Source: Eledone cirrhosa (lineage: Eukaryota). From it: a DNA stretch of 64,000 nucleotides. Location of the stretch: NCBI GenBank assembly GCA_964016885.1, contig OZ024744.1:106702001-106766000 (forward strand), given 5' to 3'. A program made the position numbers and the translations under genes. Shown here piece by piece: positions 48,301 through 60,300 of this stretch (within the stretch, counting starts at the first letter, position 1; each line of letters opens with the position of its first letter). The notes under the pieces were generated by a model. That model had not been told where the DNA came from. It saw nothing but the letters and a program-made list of their open reading frames with translations, and made no database searches.

Positions 48301-51300
48301 GCTGCCTTCCAACCTGTTTGTTGTAAGGTGGGTGAGAGGGAAGTGCTGCCTTCCAACCAGTTTGTTGTAAAGTGGGTGAGAGAAAAGTTCTGCCTTCTAA
48401 CCAATTTGTTGTAAAGTGGGTGAGAGAGAAGTGCTGCATTCCAACCATTTTGTTGTAAGGTGGATGAGAGGGAAGTGCTGCATTCCAACCAGTTTGTCGT
48501 AAAATGAGTGAGAGGGAAGTGCTGCCTTCCTACCAGTTTGTTGTAAGGTCGGGGAGAGGGAAGTGCTGCCTTCCAACCTGTTTGTTGTAAGGTGGGTGAG
48601 AGGGAAGTGCTGCCTTCCAACCAGTTTGTTGTAAGGTGGGTGAGAGGGAAGGGCTGCCTTCCAACCAGTTTGTTGTAAGCTGGGTGAGAGGGAAGTGCTG
48701 CCTTCCAACCTGTTTGTTGTAAGGTGGGTGAGAGGGAAGTGCTGCCTTCCAACCTCTTTGTTGTAATGTGGATGAGAGGGAAGTGCTGCTTTCTAACCAG
48801 TTTGTTGTAAAATGAGTGAGAGGGAAGTGCTGCCTTCCTACCAGTTTGTTGTAAGCTGGGTGAGAGGGAAGTGCTGCCTTCCAACCAGTTTGTTGTAAGG
48901 TGGGTGAGAGAGAAGGGCTGCCTTCCAATCTGTTTATTGTAAGGTGGGTGAGAGGGAAGTGCTGCCTTCCAACCAATTTGTTGTAAGAAGGGTGAGAGGG
49001 AAGTGCTGCCTTTCAAACAGTTTGTTGTAAGGTGAATGAGAGGGAGGTGCTGCCTTCCAACCAATTTGTTGTAAGAAAGGTGAGAGGGACGTGCTGACTT
49101 CCAACCAGTTTGTTGTAAATTGGGTGAGAGGGAAGTGCTGCCTTCCAATTTTTTTGTTGTAAGGTGGGTGAGAGAGAAGTGCTGCCTTCCAACCAGTTTA
49201 TTGTAAAGTGGGTGAGAGAGAAGTGCTGCCTTCCACCAGTTTGTTGTAAGGTGGGTGAGAGGGAAGTGCTGCCTTCTAACCAGTTTGTTGTAAGAAGAGT
49301 GAGAGGGAAGTGCTGCCTTCCAACCAGTTTGTTGTAAGGTCGGTGAGAGGGAAGTGCTGCCTTCCAACCAGTTTGTTGTAAGGTCGGTGAGAGGGAAGTG
49401 CTGCCTTCCAACCTGTTTGTTGTAAGGTGGGTGAGAGGGAAGTGCTGCCTTCCAACCAGTTTGTTGTAAAGTGGGTGAGAGAAAAGTTCTGCCTTCTAAC
49501 CAATTTGTTGTAAAGTGGTTGAGAGAGAAGTGCTGCATTCCAACCATTTTGTTGTAAGGTGGATGAGGGGGAAGTGCTGCATTCCAACCAGTTCGTTGGA
49601 AGGTGGGTGAGAGGGAAGTGCTGCCTTCCAACCAGTTTGTTGTAAGGTGGGTGAGAGGGAAGGGCTGCCTTCCAACCAGTTTGTTGTAAGCTGGGTGAGA
49701 GGGAAGTGCTGCCTTCCAACCTGTTTGTTGTAAGGTGGGTGAGAGGGAAGTGCTGCCTTCTAACCTCTTTGTTGTAAGGTGGATGAGAGGGAAGTGCTGC
49801 TTTGTAACCAGTTTGTTGTAAAATGAGTGAGAGGAAAGTGCTGCCTTCCTACCAGTTTGTTGTAAGCTGGGTGAGAGGGATGTGCTGCCTTCCAACCAGT
49901 TTGTTGTAAGGTGGGTGAGAGAGAAGGGCTGCCTTCCAATCTGTTTATTGTAAGGTGGGTGAGAGGGAAGTGCTGCCTTCCAACCAATTTGTTGTAAGAA
50001 GGGTGAGAGGGAAGTGCTGCCTTTCAAACAGTTTGTTGTAAGGTGAATGAGAGGGAAGTGCTGCCTTCCAACCAATTTGTTGTAAGAAGGGTGAGAGGGA
50101 CGTGCTGACTTCCAACCAGTTTGTTGTAAGTTGGGTGAGAGGGAAGTGCTGCCTTCCAACCATTTTTGTTGTAAGGTGGGTGAGAGGGAAGTGCTGCCTT
50201 CCAACCAGTTTCTTGTAAGGTGGGTGAGAGAGAAGTGCTACCTTCCAACCAGTTTGTTGTAAAGTGGGTTAGAGGGAAGAGCTGCCTTCTAACCAGATTG
50301 TTTTAAAGAGGGTGAGAGGGAAGTGCTGCCTTCCAACCATTTTTGTTGTAAGGTGGGTGAGAGGGAAGTGCTGCCTTCCAACCAGTTTCTTGTAAGGTGG
50401 GTTAGAGGGAAGTGCTGCCTTCTAACCAGATTGTTTTAAAGAGGGTGAGAGGGAAGTGCTGCCTTCCAACCAGTTTGTTATAAGGTGGGTGAGAGGGAAG
50501 TGCTTCCTTCAAACCAGTTTCTTGTAAAGTGGGTGAGAGGGAAGTGCTGCCTTCCAACCAATTTGTTGTAAAGTGGGTGAGAGGGAAGTGCTGCCTTCCA
50601 ACCAGTTTGTTGTAAGATGAGTGAGAGGGAAGTGCTGCCTTCCAACCAGTTTGTTGTAAAGTGGGTGAGAGGGAATTGCTGCCTTCCAACCAGTTTGTTG
50701 TAAAGTGAGTGAGAGGGAAGTGCTGACTTCCAACCAGTTTGATGTAAAGTGGGTGAGCGGGAAGTGCTGGCTTCCAACCAGTTTGTTGTAAAGTGGGTGA
50801 GAGGGAATTGCTGCCTTCCAACCAGTTTGTTGTAAAGTGGGTGAGAGGGAATTGCTGCCTTCCAACCTGTTTGTTGTAAGATGAGTGAGAGGGAAGTGCT
50901 GACTTCCAACCAGTTTGTTGTAAAGTGGGTGAGAGGGAATTGCTGCCTTCCAACCAGTTTGTTGTAAAGTGAGTGAGAGGGAAGTGCTGCCTTCCAACCT
51001 GTTTGTTGTAAGATGAGTGAGAGGGAAGTGCTGACTTCCAACCAGTTTGATGTAAAGTGGGTGAGCGGGAAGTGCTGGCTTCCAACCAGTTTGTTGTAAA
51101 GTGAGTGAGAGGGAAGTCCTGCCTTACAACCAGTTTGTGGTAAAGTGGGTGAGAGGGAAGTGCAGCCTTCCAACCAGTTTGATGTAAGAAGAGTGAGAGC
51201 GAAATGCTGCCTTCCAACCAGTTTGTTGTAAAGGGGGTGAGAGAGGAGTGCTGCCTTCCAACCTGTTTGTTATAAGGTGGGTGAGAGTTAAGTGCTGCCT

Positions 51301-54300
51301 TCCAACCAGTTTGTTGTAAAATGGGTGAGAGGGAAGAGCTGCCTTCCAACCAGTTTGTTGTAAGGTGAATGAGAGGGAAGTTCTGTCTTCCAACCAGTTT
51401 GTTGTAAGATGAGTGAGTGGGAAGTGCTGCCTTCCAACCAGTTTATTGTAAAGTGGGTGAGAGGGAAGTGCTGCCTTCCAACCAGTTTGTTGTAAGTTGG
51501 GTGAGAGGGAAGTGCTGCATTTAAACCAGTTTGTTGTAAGGTGGGCGAGAGGGAAGTGCTGCATTCCAACCAGTTTGTTGTAAAGTGGGTGAGAGGGAAG
51601 TACTGCCTTCCAACCAGTTTATTGTAAAGTGGGTGAGAGGGAAGTGCTGCATTCCAACCAGTTTGTTGTAAAGTGGGTGAGAGGGAAGTGCTGCATTCCA
51701 ACCAGTTTGTTGTAAGGTGGGTGAGAGGGAAGTGCTGCCTTCCAACCAGTTTGTTGTAAGGTGGGTGAGAGGGAAGTGCTGCCTTCCAACCTTTTTGTTG
51801 TAAGGTGGGTGAGAGGGAAATGCTGCCTTCTAAACAGTTTGTTGAAAGGTGGGTGAGAGGGAAGTGCTGCCTTCTAACCAGTTTGTTTTAAATAGGGTGA
51901 GAGGGAAGTGCTGCCTTCCAACCAGTTTGTTATAAAGTGGGTGAGGGGGAAGTGCTGCCTTCCAACCTGTTTGTTGTAAGGTGGGTGACAGGGAAGGGCT
52001 GCCTTCCAACCAGTTTGTTGTAAGGTGGGTGAGAGGGAAGTGCTGCCGTCCAACCAGTTTGTTGTAAAGTGGCTGAGATGGAAGTGCTGCCTTCCAACCA
52101 GTTTGTTGTAAAATGGGTGAGTGAGAGGGAAGTGCTGCCATCCAACCTGTTTGTTGTAAGGTGGGTGAGAGGGAAGTGCTTCCTTCCAACCTGTTAGTTG
52201 TAACGTGGGGAGAGGGAAGTGCTGCCTTCCAAACAGTTTGTTGTAAGGTGGGTGAGAGGGAAGTGTTGCATTCCAACCAGTTTGTTGTAAGATGGTTGAG
52301 AGGGAAGTGCTGCCTTCCAACCTGTTTGTTGTAAGGTGGGTGAGAGGGAAGTGCTGCCTTCCAAGCTGTTTGTTGTAAGGTGGGTGAGAGGGAAGTGCTG
52401 CCTTCTAACCAGTTTCTTGTAAGTTGTTTGAGAGGGAAGTGCTGCCTTCCAACCAGTTTGTTGTAAGATGAGTGAGAGGGAAGTGCTGCCTTCCAACCAG
52501 TTTATTGTAAAGTGGTTGAGAGGGAAGTGTTGCATTCCAACCAGTTTGTTGTAAGATGGTTGAGAGGGAAGTGCTGCCTTCCAACCTGTTTGTTGTAAGG
52601 TGGGTGAGAGGGAAGTGCTGCCTTCCAAGCTGTTTGTTGTAAGGTGGGTGAGAGGGAAGTGCTGCCTTCTAACCAGTTTCTTGTAAGTTGTTTGAGAGGG
52701 AAGTGCTGCCTTCCAACCAGTTTGTTGTAAGATGAGTGAGAGGGAAGTGCTGCCTTCCAACCAGTTTATTGTAAAGTGGGTGAGAGGGAAGTGCTGCCTT
52801 CCAACCAGTTTCTTGTAAGGTGGGTGAGAGGGAAGTGCTGCCCTCGAACCTGTTTGTTGTAAGGTGGGTGAGAGGGAAGTGCTTCCTTCCAACCTGTTGG
52901 TTGTAACGTGGATTAGAGGGAAGTGCTGCATTCCAACTAGTTTATTGTAACGTGGGTGAGAGGGAAGTGCTGCCTTCAAACCATTTTGTTGTAAGGTGGG
53001 GGAGAGGGAAGTGCTGCCTTCTAACCAGTTTGTTGTAAGCTGGGTGAGAGGGAAGTGCTGCCCTCCAACCAGTTTGTTGTAAGCTGGGTGAGAGGGAAGT
53101 GCTGCCTTCCAACCAGTTTGTTATAAGAAGGGTGAGAGGGAAGTGCTGCCTTCCAACCAGTTTGTTGTAAAGTGGGTGAGAGGGAAATGCTGCCTTCCAA
53201 CCAGTTTGATGTAAAGTGGTGGAGAGGAAAGTGCAGACTTTCAACCAGTTTATTGTAAAGTGGGTGAGAGGGAAGTGCTGCCTTCCAACCAGTTTGTTGT
53301 AAGGTGGGTGGGAGCGAAGTGCTGCCTTCTAACCAGTCTGTTGTAAGGTGGGTGAGAGGGAAGTGCTGCCTTCCAACCTGTTTGTTGTAAGGTGGGTGAG
53401 ATGGAAGTGCTGTCTTCCAGCCAGTTTGTTGTAAGGTGGGTGAGATGGAAGTGCTGCCTTCCAACCAGTTCGTTTTAAAGTGGGTGAGAGGGAGGTGTTG
53501 CGTTCCAAACTGTTTGTTGTAAGCTGGCTGAGAGAGAAGTGCTGCATTCCGACTAGTTTGTTGTAAGTTGGGTGAGAGGGAAGTGCTGCCTTCAAACCAG
53601 TTTATTGTTAAGTGGGTGAGAGAGAAGTGCTGCCTTCTAACCAGTTTGTTGCAAGGTGGGTGAGAGGGAAGTGCTGCCTTCCAACCAGTTTGTTGTAAGA
53701 TGGGTGAGAGGGCAGTCCTGCTTTCCAACCAGTTTGTTGTAAAGTGGGTGAGAGAAAAGTTCTGCCTTCTAACCAATTTGTTGTAAAGTGGGTGAGAAAG
53801 AAGTGCTGCATTCCAACCATTTTGTTGTAAGGTGGATGAGAGGGAAGTGTTGCATTCCAACCAGTTTGTTGTAAGGTGGGTGAGAGGGAAGTGCTGCCTT
53901 CCAACCAGTTTGTTGTAAGGTGGCTGAGAGGGAAGGGCTGCCTTCCAACTAGTTTGTTGTAAGGTGGGTGAGAGGGAAGTGCTGCCTTCCAACCTCTTTG
54001 TTGTAAGGTGGGTGAGAGGGAAGTGCTGCCTTCTAGCCAGTTTGTTGTAAAGTGGGTGAGAGGGAGTGCTGCCTTCAAACCAGTTTGTTGTAAGATGGGT
54101 GAGAGGGAGTACTGCCTTCCAACCAGTTTGTTGTAAAGTGGGTGTGAGGGAGTGCTGCCTTCCAACCAGTTTGTTGTAAAGTGGGTGAGAGGGAAGTGCT
54201 GCCTTCCAACCTGTTAGTTGTAACGTTGGTGAGAGAGAAGTGTTGCATTCCCACCAGTTTCTTGTAAGGTGGGTGAGAGGGAAGTGCTGCCTTCCAACCA

Positions 54301-57300
54301 GTTTGTTGTAGAGTGAATGAGAGGGAATTGCTCCATTCAAACCAGTTTGTTGTAAGGTGGGTCAGCGGGAAGTGCTGCGTTCCAACCAGTTTGTTGTAAG
54401 ATGGGTGAGAGGGAAGTGCTGCCTTCTAACCAGTTTGTTGTAAAGTGGTTGAGACGGAAGTGCTGCCTTCCAACCAGTTTGTTGTAAGATGGGTGAGAGG
54501 GCAGTCCTGCTTTCCAACCAGTTTGTTGTAAAGTGGCTGAGAGGGAAGTGCTGCCTTCCAACCTGTTTGTTGTTAAATGGGTGGGTTAGAGCGAAGTGCT
54601 GACTTCCAACCAGATTCTTGTAAGGTGGGTGAGAGGGAAGTGCTGCCTTCCAATCTGTTTGTTGTAAGGTGGGTGAGAGCGAAGTGCTGCCTTCCAACCT
54701 GTTTGTTGTAAGGTGGGTGAGAGTAAGTGCTGCCTTCTAACCAGTTTGTTGTAAAGTGGGTGAGAGGGAAGTGCTGCCTTCAAACCAGTTTGATGTAAGG
54801 TGGGTGAGAGGGAAGTTCTGCCTTCTAACCAATTTGTTGTAAAGTAGGTGAGAGGGAAGTGCTGCCTTCCAAACAGTTTCTTGTACGGTAGGTGAGAGGG
54901 AAGTGCTGCCTTCCAACCAGTTTGTTGTAAAGTGGGTGAGAGGGAAGTGCTGCCTTCCAACCAGTTTGTTGTAAAGTGAATGAGAGGGAAGTGCTCCATT
55001 CAAACCAGTTTGTTGTAAGGTGGGTCAGAGGGAAGTGCTGCGTTCCAACCAGTTTGTTGTAAGATGGGTGAGAGGGAAGTCCTGCCTTCCAACCAGTTTG
55101 TTGCAAAGTGGCTGAGAGGGAAGTGCTGCCTTCCAACCTGTTTGTTGTAAAACGGGTGGGTAAGAGGGAAATGCTGACTTCCAAACAGTTTGTAATAAGG
55201 TGGGTGAGAGGGGAGTGCTTCGTTCCAATCTGTTTGTTGTAAGGTGGGTGAGAGGGAAGTGCTGCCTTCGAACCTGTTTGTTGTAAAGTGGGTGAGAGGG
55301 AAGTGCGGCATTCCAACCAGTTTGTTGTAAGGTGGGTGAGAGGGAAGTGCTGCCTTCCAACCAGTTTGTTGTAAGGTGGGTGAGAGGGAAGTGCTGCCTT
55401 CCAACCTTTTTGTTGTAAGGTGGGTGAGAGGGAAATGCTGCCTTCTAAACAGTTTGTTGAAAGGTGGGTGAGAGGGAAGTGCTGCCTTCTAACCAGTTTG
55501 TTTTAAAGAGGGTGAGAGGGAAGTGCTGCCTTCCAACCAGTTTGTTATAAAGTAGGTGAGGGGGAAGTGCTGCCTTCCAACCTGTTTGTTGTAAGGTGGG
55601 TGACAGGGAAGGGCTGCCTTCCAACCAGTTTGTTGTAAGGTGGGTGAGAGGGAAGTGCTGCCTTCCAACCTGTTTGTTGTAAGGTGGGTGAGAGGGAAGT
55701 GCTGCCTTCTAACCAGTTTGTTGTAAAGTGGCTGAGATGGAAGTGCTGCCTTCAGCCAGTTTGTTGTAAAATGGGTGAGTGAGACGGAAGTACTGACTTC
55801 CAACCAGTTCATTGTAAGGTGGGTGAGAGGGAAGTGCGCCTTCTAACCTGTTTGTTGTAAGGTGGGTGAGAGGGAAGTGCGGCCCTCCAACCTGTTTGTT
55901 GTGAGGTGGGTGAGAGGGAAGTGCTTCCTTCCAACCTGTTAGTTGTAACGTGGGGGAGAGGGAAGTGCTGCCTTCCAAACAGTTTGTTGTAAGGTGGGTG
56001 AGAGGGAAGTGCTGCCTTCTAACCAGTTTGTTGTAAAGTGGTTGAGAGGGAAGTGCTGCATTCCAACCAGTTTGTTGTAAGATGGGTGAGAGGGAAGTGC
56101 TGCCTTCCAAACTGTTTGTTGTAAGGTGGGTGAGAAGGAAGTGCTGCCTTCCAAGCTGTTTGTTGTAAGGTGGGTGAGAGGGAAGTGCTGCCTTCTAACC
56201 AGTTTGTTGTAAGTTGGGTGAGAGGGAAGTGCTGCATTCCAACCTGTTTGTTGTAAGGTGGGTGAGAGGGAAGTGCTGCCTTCCAACCAGTTTGTTATAA
56301 AGTGAGTGAGAGGGAAGTGCTGCATTCCAACCAGTTCGTTGTAAGCTGGGTGAGAGGGGAGGGCTGCCTTCCAACCTGTTTGTTGTAAGGTGGGTGAGAG
56401 GGAAGTGCTGCCTTGCAACCTGTTTGTTGTAAGGTGGGTGAGAGGGAAGTGCTTCCTTCTAGGCAGTTTCTTGTAAAGTGGGTGAGAGGGAGTGCTGCCT
56501 TCCAACCAGTTTGTTGTAAGATGGGTGAGAAGGAGCGCTGCCTTCCAACCAGTTTGTTGTAAAGTGGGTGAGAGTGAGTGCTGCCTTCCAACCAGTTTGT
56601 TGTAAAGTGGGTGAGAGGGAAGTGCTGCCTTCGAACCTGTTAGTTGTAACGTGGGTGAGAGAGAAGTGTTGCATTCCAACCAGTTTCTTGTAAGGTGGGT
56701 GAGAGGGAAGTGCTGCCTTCCAACCAGTTTGTTGTAAAGTGAATGAGAGGGAAGTGCTCCATTCAAACCAGTTTGTTGTAAGGTGGGTCAGAGGGAAGTG
56801 CTGCGTTCCAACCAGTTTGTTGTAAGATGGGTGAGAGGGAAGTCCTGCCTTCCAACCAGTTTGTTGCAAAGTGGCTGAGAGGGAAGTGCTGCCTTCCAAC
56901 CTGTTTGTTGTAAAACAGGTGGGTAAGAGGGAAATGCTGACTTCCAAACAGTTTGTAATAAGGTGGGTGAGAGGGGAGTGCTTCGTTCCAATCTGTTTGT
57001 TGTAAGGTGGGTGAGAGGGAAGTGCTGCCTTCCAACCTGTTTGTTGTAAGGTGGGTTAGAAGGAAGTGCTGCCTTCTAACCAGTTTGTTGTAAAGTGGGG
57101 GAGAGGGAATTGCTGCCTTCCAACCAGTTTTTTGTAACGTGGGTGAGAGGGAAGTGCTTCCTTCCAACCATTTTGATGTAAGTTGGGTGAGAAGGAAGTT
57201 CTGCCTTCTAACTAGTTTATTGTAAAGTGGGTGAGAGGAAAGTGCTGACTTTCAACCAGTTTATTGTAAGCTGTGTGAGTGGGAAGTGCTGCCTTCCAAC

Positions 57301-60300
57301 CAGTTTGTTGTAATGTCGGTGAGAGCGAAGTGCTGCCTTCCAACCAGTTCGTTGTAAGGTGGGTGATAGCGAAGTGCTGCCTTCTAACCAGTTTGTTGTA
57401 AGAAGAGTGAGAGGGAAGTGCTGCCTTCCAACCAGTTTGTTGTAAGGTGGGTGAGAGGGAAGTGCTGCCTTCCAACCAGTTTGTTGTAAGGGTGGTGAGA
57501 GGGCAGTGCTGCCTTCCAACCTGTTTGTTGTAAGGTGGGTGAGAGGTAAGTGCTGCCTTCCAACCAGTTTGTTGTAAAGTGGGTGAGAGAAAAGTTCTGC
57601 CTTCTAACCAATTTGTTGTAAAGTGGGTGAGAGGGTAGTGCGTCCTTCCAACCAGTTTGTTGTAATGTGGGTGAGAGAGAAGTTCTGCCTTCCAACCAGT
57701 TTGTTATAAGGTGGGTGAGAGGGAAGTGCTTCCTTCCAACCAGTTTGTTGTAAAGTGGTTGAGAGGGAAGTGCTGCCTTCCAACCAGTTTGTTGTAAAAT
57801 GGGTGAGAGGGAAGAGCTGCCTTCCAACCAGATTGTTGTAAGGTCAATGAGGGGGAAGTTCTGTCTTCCAACCAGTTTGTTGTAAGATGGGTGAGAGGGA
57901 AGTGCTGCCTTCCAACCAGTTTGTTGTAAGATGTGTGAGAGGTAAGTGCTGCCTTCCAAACAGTTTCTTGTAAGGTGGGTGAGAGAGAAGTGCTGCCTTC
58001 CAACCAGTTTATTGTAAAGTGAGTGAGAGAGAAGTGCTGTCTTCCAACCAGTTTGTTGTAAGGTGGGTGAGAGGGAAGTGCTGCATTCCAACCAGTTTCT
58101 TGTAAAGTGGGTGAGAGGGAAGTGCTGCCTTCTAACCAGTTTGTTGTAAGAAGAGTGAGAGGGAAGTGCTGCCTTCCAACCAGTTTGATGTAAGGTCGGT
58201 GAGAGGGAAGTGCTGCCTTCCAACCTGTTTGTTGTAAGGTGGGTGAGAGGGAAGTGCTGCCTTCCAACCAGTTTGTAAAGTGGGTGAGAGAAAAGTTCTG
58301 CCTTCTAACCAATTTGTTGTAAAGTGTGTGAGAGAGAAGTGCTGCATTCCAACCATTTTGTTGTAAGGTGGATGAGAGGGAAGTGCTGCATTCCAACCAG
58401 TTTGTTGTAAGGTGGGTGAGAGGGAAGGGCTGCCTTCCAACCAGTTTGTTGTAAGCTGGGTGAGAGGGAAGAGCTGCCTTCCAACCAGTTTGTTGTAGGG
58501 TCAATGAGAGGGAAGTTCTGCCTTCCAACCAGTTTGTTGTAAGGTGGATGAGAGGGAAGTGCTGCATTCCAACCTGTTTGTTGTAAAGTGGGTGAGAGGG
58601 ATGTGCTGCTTTCTAACCAGTTTGTTGTAAAATGAATGAGAGGGAAGTGCTGCCTTCCAACCAGTTTGTTGTAAGCTGGGTGAGAGGGAAGTGCTGCCGT
58701 CCAACCAGTTTTTTGTAAGGTGGGTGAGAGAGAAGGGCTGCCTTCCAACCTGTTTATTGTAAGGTGGGTGAGAGGGAAGTGCTGCCTTCCAACCAATTTG
58801 TTGTAAGAAAGGTGAGAGGGAAGTGCTGCCTTTCAAACAGTTTGTTGTAAGGTGACTGAGAAAGAAGTGCTGCCTTGCAACCAATTTGTTGTAAGAAGGG
58901 TGAGAGGGACGTGCTGACTTCCAACCAGTTTGTTGTAAGTTGGGTGAGAGGGAAGTGCTGCCTTCCAACCAGTTTGTCGTAAGGTGGGTGAGAGGGAAGT
59001 GCTGCATTCCAACCAGTTTATTGTCAAGTGGGTGAGAGGGAAGTGCTGCCTTCTAACCAGTTTGTTGTAAGAAGGGTGAGAGAGAAGTGCTGCCTTCCAA
59101 CCAGTTTCTTGTAAGGTGGGTGAGAGAGAAGTGCTGCCTTCCAAGCAGTTTGTTGTGAAGTGGTTGAGAGGGAAGTCCTGCCTTCCAAACTGTTTGTTGT
59201 AAGGAGGGTGAGAGAGAAGTACTACCTTCCAACCAGTTTGTTGTAAAGTGGGTTAGAGCGAAGAGCTGCATTCCTACCAGTTTGTTGTAAGGTGCGTGAG
59301 AGAGAAGTGCTCCTTTCCAACCAGTTTGTTGTAAGGTGGGTGAGAGGGAAGTGCTGCCTTCCAACCAGTTTGTTGTAAGGTGGGTGAGAGGGAAGTGCTT
59401 CCTTCCAACCAGTTTGTTGTAAAGTGGGTGAGCGGGAAGTGCTGGCTTCCAACCAGTTTGTTGTAAAGTGGGTGAGAGGGAAGTGCTGACTTCCAACCAG
59501 TTTGTTGTAAAGTGGGTGAGAGGGAAGTGCTGCCTTCCAACCAATTTGTTGTAAAGTGGGTGAGAGGGAAGTGCTGCCTTCCAACCAGTTTGTTGTAAAG
59601 TGGGTGAGAGGTAAGCGCTGCCTTCCAACCAGTTTGTTGTAAGGTGAGTGAGAGGGAAGTGCTGCATTCCAACCAGTTTGTTGTAAGGTGTGTGAGAGGG
59701 AATTGCTGCATTCCAACCAGTTTGTTGTAACGTGGGTGAGAGGGAAGTGCTACCTTCCAACCAGTTTGTTGTAAGATAGGTGAGAGAGAAGTGCTGCCTT
59801 CCAACCAGTTTGTTGTAAGGTGGGTGAGAGGGAAGTGCTGCCTTCTAACCAGTTTGTTGTAAAGTGAGTGAGATGGAAGTGCTGCCTTCCAACTAGTTTG
59901 TTGTAAGGTGTGTGAGAGGGAAGTGCTGCCTTCCAATCTGTTTGTTGTAAGGTGGGTGAGAGGGAAGTGCTGCATTCCAACCTGTTTGTTGTCAGGTGGG
60001 TGAGAGGGAAGCGCTGCGTTCCAACCTGTTTGTTGTAAGGTGGGTGAGAAGGAAGTGCTGACTTCCAACCTGTTTGTTGTAAGGTGGGTGAGAGGGAAGT
60101 GCTGCATGCTTACCACTTTTTTGTAAAGTGGGTGAGAGGGAAGTCCTGCCTTCCAACCAGTTTGTTGTAAAGTGGGTGAGATAGAAGTGCTGCCTTCCAA
60201 CCTGTTTCTTGTAAAGTGGGTGAGAGGGAAATTCTGCCTTCCAACCAGTTTGTTGTAAAGTGGTTAAGAGGGAAGTGCTGCATTCCAACCTGTTTGTTGT

